Positions 1 through 9,747 of a stretch of 20,000 nt of DNA are shown piece after piece. The notes under the pieces were generated by a model that was not told where the DNA came from, searched no databases, and saw only the letters and a list, made by a program, of their open reading frames with translations. Each line of letters starts with the position of its first letter. The first letter of the stretch is position 1. This stretch comes from an uncultured virus (IMG/VR IMGVR_UViG_3300023179_000090) (taxonomy: Duplodnaviria > Heunggongvirae > Uroviricota > Caudoviricetes > Demerecviridae), in the IMG/VR virus record IMGVR_UViG_3300023179_000090. One strand, written 5' to 3'. The translations under genes and the position numbers were made by a program.

Positions 1-2
1 CA

Positions 3-50
3 GTAACTGGTTCTGATTTGGTAATAAGCTTTTTATATTTAAGGACATAG
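3..50 (+). CDS. 3' end of an upstream gene (partial), probably a virion structural protein
   Basis: Frame 3 reads VTGSDLVISFLYLRT* and is open from the window edge to TAG at 48-50, directly abutting the next ATG at 51. Confidence 0.5.
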   Translation, partial: VTGSDLVISFLYLRT

Positions 51-278
51 ATGATAACCACAAATTTTAATAATGGCACACTAGAAGTATATAAAAATGG
101 TCAGTGTATCATAAGTCAACCATTTAAGCCCACTAGTACTGGTCAACAACCTAACTGGGAAAACGAAGCCGAAGCATTAGAATGGTGGAATAGTATAAAA
201 GAGCCTTATGAATATGAGCCACCACCAATTGAATTAACCAAAGAATCGTCTACACCATCTACAGAAGGAGCTCAATAA
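51..278 (+). CDS. Small hypothetical phage protein (tail-associated, 75 aa)
   Basis: SD AAGGA at 41-45. Stop overlaps the next start (TAATG). QPF..P....W..EAEA..W pattern resembles small tail-module proteins. Confidence 0.75.
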   Translation: MITTNFNNGTLEVYKNGQCIISQPFKPTSTGQQPNWENEAEALEWWNSIKEPYEYEPPPIELTKESSTPSTEGAQ

Positions 279-2599
279 TGGCACTAATAGCTAGGTCACG
301 AATAGGTAATAGATATCCTTCTTTATGGGTAGATCCTGATCCTACTAAAAATAGAGTATTTATAGACACATATGCTTATGATTTAACTACACTGGCTCCT
401 AGAGCTAATGAGCAATTTATGTGGCAAGATAGACGTGGAATTTTTAATACTAATAGTTCAACATTTAATAATCCTGATGCTTTTACACCTATTCAAACAG
501 GATTTATGGATGCCAATGCTTGGGCAGACGGTCATCAAACTGAGCATGCCAAAATTGGCATATTTGATCTTTGGCAATGTAGCCTAGATTATCAAAACTA
601 TAAGCCCACACGTATTTGGCGAACAGCACAAAATAGAATCTTATGTACATATCCTAGACTTGCTGACACTAACTATCAGTATATGGATTGGTGGATGGGT
701 TTTGATATGTCTAAGAAGTCACAGGCATACATATTTCAAAGTGAAATGTCGCTGGCTTATCTATTTGAGCATGTAGATAGTAGAAATTTTAATGCGACTA
801 GTTGGAGCTATAGCACAACTACAATTACTGTTAACCTTAATAACCATGGCCTATACTATGGCGATAGAATAACAGTTACTGGTGCTGTAATGACTAGTGG
901 CACAAATGCACCTAATGGCGAATATATTATTACACAAGCAACTGATGCTAATAGTTTTCAATTTACAGTAGGTACAGCACCTACTGGTACAGCTGCAGGT
1001 ACTATGAATATTGTCTGTACTACACGCAGAGCCTGGGGATTTAGACATAAGGCCAGTAGTAGTGCATATACAAATGGTGGTATGAGTTTTGACATGATCC
1101 AAGGCTATGACTATTTATTAGGTGATAATAATGGTAGCGGTTATGGAATGTTTAAAGGACAAGCTGGAGCAAGTAGACCTTATACATTAAATGAAACTAA
1201 TGAAGGCGGTCAAAAGTTTTTTATTGGTAAAGATACTGCTAACACATATGCTTATGTAGTTCATGTAAATACAGCTAGTACTGGTGTAACTTCACAAACT
1301 GGTGATAGTCCGTATGTAATTAAAAGATATTTGTTGACCACAGGTCAAGCAACAGCAACAACAGTACTAGCAGCTACAAAACCAACAGGCACAATGCTAG
1401 TAAATACGATTACTATGTGTCCAAGTAATTTACGTATTGATAGCGCTTCACGAAGAGTATTTTATAGCAGCCATTATAGATCTACTGATCAGGCTCCAAT
1501 GAGATTTGTTGTAGATATAGAAGCCGGCACAGCTGTCGCTACTCAATGCTCACTAACCTATCCTAGTGGAACCACTTATGCAACCTATGCAACAGTTCCT
1601 ACTAGTAGTAGTTATGGCATCTATGGGTATAATACTTGGTGGAGCAAACCACATCAGTGGACCCAAAGCGGTGTTAGATATATAACTTTTTGCACACATG
1701 ATAAATATTTTTGGGCTAGTACAGCAAGATTTCCTACTAGACTAGCACGCACTTGGTTAACATTTACAATTGGTGCTAGTACAGGCGATGATATTTTAAC
1801 TTTTCACAGTGCTATAACTTTTGAAAATGCTTCTGATTTCCCACTTAGTTGGATGCCTTACACTCAAACTGGTGAAAAATTAGTAATTGTTAGTACAACA
1901 AATACTAGTGTTTGGACATTTACACCTACAAACCAAACTGCTACAAGCTGGAATTTTTCTACAAGTGGCAGCGTATCAACAGTTACAGTTACTTTAGCTA
2001 ATCATGGATATAAAGTAGGCGATAGAATTACTACTAGTGGTACTACTGCTACAAGTAATACTCCAAATGGAACATATCAAGTATTGAGTGTACCTAGTAC
2101 TAGTACTTTTACATTTAACTGTGATACTAATAATACTGGCGTAATTACTGGAACTGCTGGTGGCACAATGTCAGTTCGTAGTGGTTGGCAACAAACTTTT
2201 GCTAGTGGAATTAGAGCTCGCGGATATGGTGTTGACAGCTTAGGTAGATTATGGGTAGGTACAGCAACTACAGGTATAGGTAATACTGAAATACACTTGT
2301 TAAAAGAAAATACACCTTATAAAATAGTTATTAATTTTCAAAATCCAGTAGCCAGTAGCGTAAATACTTTTGAATATACTGGATCAACTACTAGTACAAA
2401 CATACTAGTTAGTGCTTATAATATTAGTGGAAGTAGAATGGCTACTAAATTAACACTAACTATTAAAAGTGGCAATATGACATTTACAGGTAGTTTTCTT
2501 TCATTAAATGTAACAACAAGTGCTGCTGGAGATATTAGTGTTCCAGTTATTATTACTGGACCAGGACAGGTTTTAATTTCAACTACTACGGTGGCCTAA
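278..2599 (+). CDS. Putative virion/tail appendage protein, paralog 1 (beta-rich scaffold, two inserted HG..GD.I repeat domains, C-terminal Ig-like domain)
   Basis: 773-aa T/S/G/Y/W-rich ORF with SD AAGGAG upstream. Shares motifs with 2601..4418 and 4841..9682 (DPDPTKNRVFI, FDLWQCSLDY, PSN....RRVFYSSHY, WWSKPHQW, RGYGVDSLGRLW). Confidence 0.75.
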   Translation: MALIARSRIGNRYPSLWVDPDPTKNRVFIDTYAYDLTTLAPRANEQFMWQDRRGIFNTNSSTFNNPDAFTPIQTGFMDANAWADGHQTEHAKIGIFDLWQCSLDYQNYKPTRIWRTAQNRILCTYPRLADTNYQYMDWWMGFDMSKKSQAYIFQSEMSLAYLFEHVDSRNFNATSWSYSTTTITVNLNNHGLYYGDRITVTGAVMTSGTNAPNGEYIITQATDANSFQFTVGTAPTGTAAGTMNIVCTTRRAWGFRHKASSSAYTNGGMSFDMIQGYDYLLGDNNGSGYGMFKGQAGASRPYTLNETNEGGQKFFIGKDTANTYAYVVHVNTASTGVTSQTGDSPYVIKRYLLTTGQATATTVLAATKPTGTMLVNTITMCPSNLRIDSASRRVFYSSHYRSTDQAPMRFVVDIEAGTAVATQCSLTYPSGTTYATYATVPTSSSYGIYGYNTWWSKPHQWTQSGVRYITFCTHDKYFWASTARFPTRLARTWLTFTIGASTGDDILTFHSAITFENASDFPLSWMPYTQTGEKLVIVSTTNTSVWTFTPTNQTATSWNFSTSGSVSTVTVTLANHGYKVGDRITTSGTTATSNTPNGTYQVLSVPSTSTFTFNCDTNNTGVITGTAGGTMSVRSGWQQTFASGIRARGYGVDSLGRLWVGTATTGIGNTEIHLLKENTPYKIVINFQNPVASSVNTFEYTGSTTSTNILVSAYNISGSRMATKLTLTIKSGNMTFTGSFLSLNVTTSAAGDISVPVIITGPGQVLISTTTVA

Positions 2600-2600
2600 T

Positions 2601-4418
2601 ATGACTGCTAGATTATTAAATCACCTTATTATGACTAATGGTACTGGTGGTGAATATATTATAGAAGATCCGGACTTATCAAAGAATCGTATTTTTATAC
2701 AAAATCAAGCATATAATACTACTGATCTTAAACCAAATAGTGGAGAACAGTTTCTTCATCAGACTCAATCATTAACTGAAGGTAGTGCAGCTAGTTTATA
2801 TACACAGCCATATGTAGTTACTAATAATAAATTTTATTATGGTTATGTATATGGTAATACTGATTTTCAAGCACTTTCTGGATTATTTGATCCTTGGATT
2901 ACAAGTTTAGATTATGAAAGACTTCCAGGTAGACATTCTGTTCAGTGTAGATCAGGAATAATACATCTACAAACTTATTATGACTTACAAACTAACGCTC
3001 CCAGAACTACTTTTTGGGAGGGTTATGATATGAATGGTCCATCTACTTATCCAGCACAAATTTATGGTGGAGTTTTAACACTATATTATGAAGATCCCTA
3101 TAATGTAAATACTTGGTATGGTATAAACTATCAACATACTAGTAGTGGACAGGTCGCTAATAATTATATAGGTAAATTAAGAATTACGCCTAGTGGTCCA
3201 AGTTGGTCTACTACTGGTGGTGATAGGGGTAGTGGAAATTATCAAAATCATATGTTCTTTTTAGGCGTAAATACTGATAGTTCGGCTATGTGGTTAGAGT
3301 TAGATGGAAATACTAGTAATATCTCACTACATAAACAAACTAGTAGTAATGTAACTTATAATACATTTAACTGGATCCATCCAGGTATGCCTCAGTGGCA
3401 TTATCAGTATCCTAGTAATATACGTCACGATACTGATACAAGAAAAGTATTTTATCAAGGTGGCTGGAATAATTTTGATGCTAGTTTTCAAATAGCAGAT
3501 GAATATAAAGAAATAATGTTTCATAGATTTATATGGAACCCAATAACTGGATTGATGGATGTAAAAAGATGTACTGTAAATTGGCCTAGTAATACATATT
3601 CTTTTACCTATGCGAGAACTGTAAGATGGGAACCAAGTTGGCACAATAAATATTATAATAATTGGTACTATAAACCACATCAGTTTACAGTAGGTAATAG
3701 AAATTATATAACATATATATATGCAGATAAAACTGCTTATAATTACTACACATATAGAACACATTATAACCGTAGAGAATTAGGACCTAGATGGGTAACT
3801 TTTATACTAGGTATACAAGAAAATGATGATCAACTAACATATCATAGTTCTATAGGTTGGGATCAAGCAAGAAACTATCCAAGATATTGGATGCCTATTA
3901 ATAGTGCTGGTAATCAAATGGTAATATGTAAACGTGATAGTACTTCAACACTTACATTTGATAGTGATTTAGGTTGGATGGAGCACGATACAGAAGATTT
4001 ATCAATGCGATCTATAGCACAAGACGGTTCGGGAAGAATTTATATAATTACTGGTGGTGCTAATAACTATCAAGATACTACTAGTGAACAATACGATCAA
4101 AATAATGGATATGGATATAATAGAATTTGGGAATATATACCAAATAGTCCTATTGCTATAAGAGCAGTAGCAGCATCATCTACTTATACCTATAGTGGAG
4201 TACCTATAATTACATCATTATCTGCAACCGCCAGAAATTCTCTAAAAGATACACTTATAGCAACCACAATTAAACTAGTAATAAATGGTACTATGGCACA
4301 ATTTAGTAATGGTACTAATTCCATTATAGTTACTACTAGTTCATCTGGAGCAATCACTATTCCATTTACCATTTTAGGAGCTGGGCAGCCGACAATAAGT
4401 GCCCATGTAATAGTATGA
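2601..4418 (+). CDS. Putative virion/tail appendage protein, paralog 2 (minimal scaffold without insertions)
   Basis: 605 aa. Motifs EDPDLSKNRIFI, FDPWITSLDY, PSNIRHDTDTRKVFY, WYYKPHQF, LTYHSSI, RSIAQDGSGRIY and a C-terminal Ig-like segment are colinear with paralogs 1 and 3. Confidence 0.75.
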   Translation: MTARLLNHLIMTNGTGGEYIIEDPDLSKNRIFIQNQAYNTTDLKPNSGEQFLHQTQSLTEGSAASLYTQPYVVTNNKFYYGYVYGNTDFQALSGLFDPWITSLDYERLPGRHSVQCRSGIIHLQTYYDLQTNAPRTTFWEGYDMNGPSTYPAQIYGGVLTLYYEDPYNVNTWYGINYQHTSSGQVANNYIGKLRITPSGPSWSTTGGDRGSGNYQNHMFFLGVNTDSSAMWLELDGNTSNISLHKQTSSNVTYNTFNWIHPGMPQWHYQYPSNIRHDTDTRKVFYQGGWNNFDASFQIADEYKEIMFHRFIWNPITGLMDVKRCTVNWPSNTYSFTYARTVRWEPSWHNKYYNNWYYKPHQFTVGNRNYITYIYADKTAYNYYTYRTHYNRRELGPRWVTFILGIQENDDQLTYHSSIGWDQARNYPRYWMPINSAGNQMVICKRDSTSTLTFDSDLGWMEHDTEDLSMRSIAQDGSGRIYIITGGANNYQDTTSEQYDQNNGYGYNRIWEYIPNSPIAIRAVAASSTYTYSGVPIITSLSATARNSLKDTLIATTIKLVINGTMAQFSNGTNSIIVTTSSSGAITIPFTILGAGQPTISAHVIV

Positions 4419-4837
4419 AACAAAACTGGGAAGGATTAGATTGGTTTCCGGATATATTACGCATATCGGAGGAATTAAAAAGTCCTCCAGTAATTCCTGA
4501 CAGTAGTCACAAAGGTCAAACATTTATAGATCAAGACGTGTTTGATAATAGAGATGTTTTTGATACTACAGAAATTTTTTTAAAAATAAGTTCGGTAAGT
4601 AGAGGAGTAATACCAAGAGTAGCAATACCTATAATAGGTTCTTATTCTTCAGGAACACAAACAAATTTAATGCCATTAGAACAATTGCGTGTTTATAAAG
4701 CTACAAATGACATGGATAATACATATTACATGCAAAATAATAATGTACTATCAAATTTAAATATATTAAATGATCAAAAAGTAGTAGATGAAATTCCTAC
4801 ATTAATTTCTAATGCTACATTACCATTTTGGGGTTAA
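4415..4837 (+). CDS. Hypothetical protein (140 aa)
   Basis: ATGA overlap with the upstream stop and 3-nt gap to the next gene. No recognisable motif. Confidence 0.65.
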   Translation: MKQNWEGLDWFPDILRISEELKSPPVIPDSSHKGQTFIDQDVFDNRDVFDTTEIFLKISSVSRGVIPRVAIPIIGSYSSGTQTNLMPLEQLRVYKATNDMDNTYYMQNNNVLSNLNILNDQKVVDEIPTLISNATLPFWG

Positions 4838-4840
4838 AAT

Positions 4841-7800
4841 ATGCCATTATTAACAACTATTCCTAGAACTGATCTATGTGGCGGAGTAGTGGAAGATCCT
4901 AATCCAGTACGTAATCGTGTTTATATTAATAATTTAGCATATAATAAAGATACACTCGAAGTTATTGCTAATGCTGATATGGGTATTCCAGGATTCTTTT
5001 TTCAAAATGGTACTAGTGATACTGCTAATAGTGGTACTAATTGGACTGATTATCCTGTAATAATAACTACAAATAAATATGGTGGAACGTTTGCTACAGC
5101 TAGACAAGAGTGGCAAGCTAGAATAGGTAGTTGGGATCCATGGCTACTATTTTTAGACTATAATAATAGTCAAATAACCGGAACAACCGGTAGAGCATTC
5201 TATAATCCTGTTACGAGATTAACCAATATTTATTGGCCAAGAGATATAACTGGCGATAATATGCGTCAAGATGTATGGGTAGGTGAAAATTTAGAATTTG
5301 GCACTAGCTACTATGCACAGTATCAAAATGATTTTATTATACCAGCAATATTGCGCGAAGATAATCAATGGCTAGCACTAGATCAAAATTTTTATGGTAG
5401 TAGTATAGTATGGAATGCATTTAATGCTTCTGGTACAAGCATAACCCAAACAATTACCTATAATAATAATATACAACATTTTGTGCTAGGCAACGATGAT
5501 TTGGGTAGATGTTGGTTCTTAGAAGTTCATGGTGGAACACATGCTTATACTGCTCAAGTAGTAGGATTTAATAGTTCCAGTGGTGCTATAATAACTTCTC
5601 AAATGAGAGGTATTACTGGTGGCTATAGCAATATTATTAATCAATTTCCTAGTAACTTTATACCTACTAGCTCAAAAAGAAAAGTATTTTATAGTAGTCA
5701 TTATAATGCTAGTGGTATATTATCTCCATATAGATTTGTTTGGAATAAGGCCGTAGGTACTATAGAGCACAGTCTTTGTACTATGACATATCCTAATGTG
5801 GGAGATACATATGGTACATATGGTGCTGTATGTACAGATAGTACTACTAACTATAATACTTATGGTAATAATAGTTGGTGGATGAAACCACATATATTTA
5901 CTAAAGGTGGTAAGAATTATATAATATTTTGTACAATTGAAAAAAGTCAGCCATACTTTAGAAGTGAAAGATGGTTGGCAAGTTCTAAACAAAGAGCTTG
6001 GTTAACTTATGAAATAAATAGTACTAATGACAACAATTTAATATATCACAGCTCTATAACTTGGCCTAGTGTAGATGATATGCCGCGAGGTTTTCTACCC
6101 ATGAACTCAGATGGGGATAGAATGTTGGTATTTCAAACTAATAGATTACAAGAATTAGTATTTAATACAACTACTGGATGGGCTATAAGAAAAACAACTA
6201 GTTTAGATGTGCGAGCATATGGTATAGATAGTTCAGACAGAATATATTTAATTACTAGAAGTGGTTCTAGACCCGCTACTACTAGTACAACTGCTGATAC
6301 TGATGCCAAACTTGGTTATAATGCTATTTATATATACGACTCAAATTTACCAAATTCTGTAGAAGTAACATTTAGCAATCCAAGCGGATATACCTATTCT
6401 GGTACAAATATTAATACTAATTGTATAGTTAGAACTGCTGATGAAAGAGCTGTAAGTATACGAGATCAAGGTCAAATATCTGATTGGTCTCCATTCAATG
6501 GTTATTGGAGTAATTTTTTTTCAAGTACTACTGGAACTGGAGGACTTGTAAACTTAAGTGTTTCTTCGGGTTTAACTACTGGTACAAATACTATATTTAC
6601 TATAGAATTTTGGTTATATAAATTTACTAATAATGTTCAAAAAACTATATTTGGCAGTGATTTTAAAAATGGAGCAGGTGGTATAAATAATCAAATAGTT
6701 TATGATTACGGTGGAGCTTCAGGCAGACTAGGATTATATAATGGCACTACCTGGTTAACTTTAGATACTACTGTTAGCCCAAATAATACTTGGTTTCATG
6801 TAGCACTAGTACGTAATGATACTAGTGCTACTGGTACAATTACAGTATATGTAAATGGTATTAGCAGAGGTACTTTCAATAGTTCTGGATTTAATTATCA
6901 ATTTAGTGGTGGTGCTATAGGCGGATTGCGTGGATATAATGAAACTAATAGTGGCGGATGGTATGGATATATAAGTAATTTTAGAATGGTTAAAGGATTA
7001 GCTGTTTATACAGGAAATTTTACTGTACCAACACAACAACTTACAATTACACAATCAGCTAGTACTAATATTAGTGCAATTACTGGTAATGAGACCTCTA
7101 TACTTACTTGTCAAGAACGTTTTTTCAGAGATAGTAGTAACAATAATATAGCAATTAGTGCATTTGGCACAGTTAGTAGTGAACAAATATCACCATTTGT
7201 AGTACCTAATAATAATAAAAGTTGGAGTATGAGAACTAGTTGGTATACTGGTACAGCAGGTAGAATTGGTGTTGAAGGTGGACCGCATTTTGACTTTGAT
7301 ACTGGAGATTTTTGTGTAGAATTTTGGATGTTTAATAACTACACATTTAATACACAAACTGATGGTTGTGGTATTATAGGACATAAAACAAGTGACAATT
7401 TTACTGGCTGGGAAATATTTAGAAGTGGAGATAGTAAACTTACATTAAGATTAGGTACTGGTACTATAGGTACAACGCTTACTAATTTTGATTTTAAAAC
7501 TACTTCTAATGTACCACAAGATAATCTATGGCATCATTGGGCTCTTATCAGACAAAGCAATGGTTTAAAATGGTATATAGATGGAATATTAGATGCAAGT
7601 GTAGCTAGTACTCATGATATTAAAGATCATCATGCACAATTATGGATTGGATATAATGAAAGAACTACCGCATATTGGAGTGGATGGATAAGTAATTTGC
7701 GTATTACTAAAGGTAATTGTGTATATACAAATGCTTTTATACCTCCAACTAGCCCATTAACAGCTATACAAAGTGCTGGCACAAATATTAATGCTATTAC

Positions 7801-9682
7801 TGCTGGCCAATGTACATTATTATTGGGTGGTAATACAACATATGATATACGAGATACTGGTAATTTAGTAAATGCTACAGTTAGATTAAAAATAAATGGT
7901 CCTAGCGCAACATTTAGTGATGGCAGTATTATTAAAAATGTAACAACAGTTAATGGCACAGTATCAGTACCTATTATAATTACTGGGTCAGACTATACAT
8001 CTATAGATGCTTATGGAATTATCCCACTTAGCTGGATTACAGCAGCTGGAAGTTTAACGGCTGCAGCTAGAAATGAAAGTTATTCTTATCAAATATTAGT
8101 AGATGGCATTAGTGAATTAGTACCTACTTATTCAATTAGCAGCGGCAGTCTGCCACCTGGATTAACACTTAATTCTACTACTGGTCTAATAAGTGGGACT
8201 CCTACTAATACATCTGGTCAAACGTATACTTTTATTATAAGAGTCACTAATGCTACAGATGTTATAGAAAGAAATTTTAGCATATATAGTAGTTTAGATA
8301 GACCAGTAATAACTTCACTTGGATATCCAAATGCTGCTAATAATATTTATGTAGCAAATATTACTGGAGGCGAAACAGTTACTGTATATGGTAACAATTT
8401 CAGAACAAATGCTCAAGTAAGAATAAACGAAGCTGCTCAAACAACTACATATTTTAGCGACAGTTATTTAACATTTGTTACTCCTGCTTTAGCAGCTAAT
8501 ACTTATGATTTAACTGTATACAATGATGATAATGTTATAAGTACTAAATTTAATATAATTTTTAGTTCTATACCAAGTTTTACAACTAGTGCTACATTAA
8601 CTGGAATAATGGAAAGTGTAACAACTACTATACCTATTAATTATACTGCAGATTCAGCAATAACTTGGACAGTACTATCATCTACACTACCTGGTACATT
8701 AACTTTTGATACTTCAATTGGAAGTATTGTTGGTAATCCAGGTACAATTCCTACAAATACGGCGAATTATACAATAGCTTTAAAAATAACAGATAGTGAA
8801 AATCAAAGCGTTCAAACTATATTTACTTTACCTATTTATAAAGTAGGTACTGTTGGACAACAAACTTATACAACACCTGGAAATTATAGTTGGGTATGTC
8901 CAGCTAATATAACCTCTGTTAATGTTCTTTGTGTAGGTGGTGGAGGCAGTGGAGCAGATGGTCAAGGTGGAGGTGGTGGAGGTGGTACTGGGTATAGAAA
9001 TAATATATCAGTAACTCCTGGTACATCATATAGTGTAGTAGTTGGAGCAGGTGGAGTAAATGGATATAGTGGTGGAAATAGCTATTTCAATAATATATCA
9101 GTTGTAGCAGGTTATGGTGGTTCAGGCGGCACAAGCACTAGAGTTGGTGGATCTTATGCTGGTACTGCTGGTGGTCAAGGTGGTTCTGGAGGTTCTGGAG
9201 CCGGTGCCGGAGGTGGAGGTACTGGTGGTTATATTGGTAATGGTGGTTTTGGCGGTGCGGGTGGCTATGTATCTAATACTGCTACTCAAAGTGGTGGAAA
9301 TGGAGCCGGTGGAGGTGGTGGAGGTGGTGGCGGAGCATTTAATGCTTATAATACTGAAAATGGCCGAAATGCTGGAGGTGGTGGTGGAGGTATAGGTATA
9401 TTAGGCCAATCCACTAGTGGTACTGGTGCTGTTATGATCTATGAAACTGTTTGGGGAGGCGTTGGTCGTGGTGGTACTGGAGGTAGTAATGGCACTAATG
9501 GAAGTGATGGTAGTGGAAATTATTTATACTTAGATCCTGATCCAGGCGGTGCTGGTGGTACATATGGTGGTGGCGGCGGAGCACCTTCAGGCAGTTCAAT
9601 AAGTAATGGTGGAAATGGAGCTGTTAGAATTATCTGGGGACCAAATAGATTTTGGCCTTCTACTAATACTACTGACCAATAA
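4841..9682 (+). CDS. Large multidomain tail/adhesin-like protein, paralog 3: scaffold + 2x LamG/concanavalin-like + putative Ig (He_PIG-like) + IPT/TIG-like + putative Ig + Gly-rich C-terminal domain
   Basis: 1613 aa. LamG signatures FTIEFWLY...WFHVALVR...YVNG...GYISNFRMVKG and FCVEFWMF...WHHWALIR...YIDG...GWISNLRITKG. YSISSGSLPPGLTLNSTTGLISGTPT (putative Ig). PVITSL...GGETVTVYGNNF (IPT). VLCVGGGG...GGNGAVRIIW (Gly-rich domain). Confidence 0.85.
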   Translation: MPLLTTIPRTDLCGGVVEDPNPVRNRVYINNLAYNKDTLEVIANADMGIPGFFFQNGTSDTANSGTNWTDYPVIITTNKYGGTFATARQEWQARIGSWDPWLLFLDYNNSQITGTTGRAFYNPVTRLTNIYWPRDITGDNMRQDVWVGENLEFGTSYYAQYQNDFIIPAILREDNQWLALDQNFYGSSIVWNAFNASGTSITQTITYNNNIQHFVLGNDDLGRCWFLEVHGGTHAYTAQVVGFNSSSGAIITSQMRGITGGYSNIINQFPSNFIPTSSKRKVFYSSHYNASGILSPYRFVWNKAVGTIEHSLCTMTYPNVGDTYGTYGAVCTDSTTNYNTYGNNSWWMKPHIFTKGGKNYIIFCTIEKSQPYFRSERWLASSKQRAWLTYEINSTNDNNLIYHSSITWPSVDDMPRGFLPMNSDGDRMLVFQTNRLQELVFNTTTGWAIRKTTSLDVRAYGIDSSDRIYLITRSGSRPATTSTTADTDAKLGYNAIYIYDSNLPNSVEVTFSNPSGYTYSGTNINTNCIVRTADERAVSIRDQGQISDWSPFNGYWSNFFSSTTGTGGLVNLSVSSGLTTGTNTIFTIEFWLYKFTNNVQKTIFGSDFKNGAGGINNQIVYDYGGASGRLGLYNGTTWLTLDTTVSPNNTWFHVALVRNDTSATGTITVYVNGISRGTFNSSGFNYQFSGGAIGGLRGYNETNSGGWYGYISNFRMVKGLAVYTGNFTVPTQQLTITQSASTNISAITGNETSILTCQERFFRDSSNNNIAISAFGTVSSEQISPFVVPNNNKSWSMRTSWYTGTAGRIGVEGGPHFDFDTGDFCVEFWMFNNYTFNTQTDGCGIIGHKTSDNFTGWEIFRSGDSKLTLRLGTGTIGTTLTNFDFKTTSNVPQDNLWHHWALIRQSNGLKWYIDGILDASVASTHDIKDHHAQLWIGYNERTTAYWSGWISNLRITKGNCVYTNAFIPPTSPLTAIQSAGTNINAITAGQCTLLLGGNTTYDIRDTGNLVNATVRLKINGPSATFSDGSIIKNVTTVNGTVSVPIIITGSDYTSIDAYGIIPLSWITAAGSLTAAARNESYSYQILVDGISELVPTYSISSGSLPPGLTLNSTTGLISGTPTNTSGQTYTFIIRVTNATDVIERNFSIYSSLDRPVITSLGYPNAANNIYVANITGGETVTVYGNNFRTNAQVRINEAAQTTTYFSDSYLTFVTPALAANTYDLTVYNDDNVISTKFNIIFSSIPSFTTSATLTGIMESVTTTIPINYTADSAITWTVLSSTLPGTLTFDTSIGSIVGNPGTIPTNTANYTIALKITDSENQSVQTIFTLPIYKVGTVGQQTYTTPGNYSWVCPANITSVNVLCVGGGGSGADGQGGGGGGGTGYRNNISVTPGTSYSVVVGAGGVNGYSGGNSYFNNISVVAGYGGSGGTSTRVGGSYAGTAGGQGGSGGSGAGAGGGGTGGYIGNGGFGGAGGYVSNTATQSGGNGAGGGGGGGGGAFNAYNTENGRNAGGGGGGIGILGQSTSGTGAVMIYETVWGGVGRGGTGGSNGTNGSDGSGNYLYLDPDPGGAGGTYGGGGGAPSGSSISNGGNGAVRIIWGPNRFWPSTNTTDQ

Positions 9683-9692
9683 TACTAATAAT

Positions 9693-9726
9693 CTAATATA
9701 GCTACTAGTATTAGTAGCTATATTAG
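9693..9726. repeat. Perfect 15-bp inverted repeat with 4-nt loop in the intergenic gap
   Basis: CTAATATAGCTACTA (9693-9707), loop GTAT, TAGTAGCTATATTAG (9712-9726). No following U-tract. Confidence 0.9.
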
Positions 9727-9747
9727 TCAACTGTATAGGTTAAAATA

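Noticed and set aside
48..53. In-frame TAG-ATG junction, and general TAG richness, suggesting amber recoding or readthrough
   Set aside because: All long ORFs are intact in the standard code. TAG acts as a real stop at 10164 (followed by TAA), 11773, 12038, 15186 and 19436. The gene at 51 has its own SD.
9114..9395. +1-frame Val-rich ORF inside the Gly-rich domain
   Set aside because: Direct consequence of GGT/GGA runs read as GTG/GAG.
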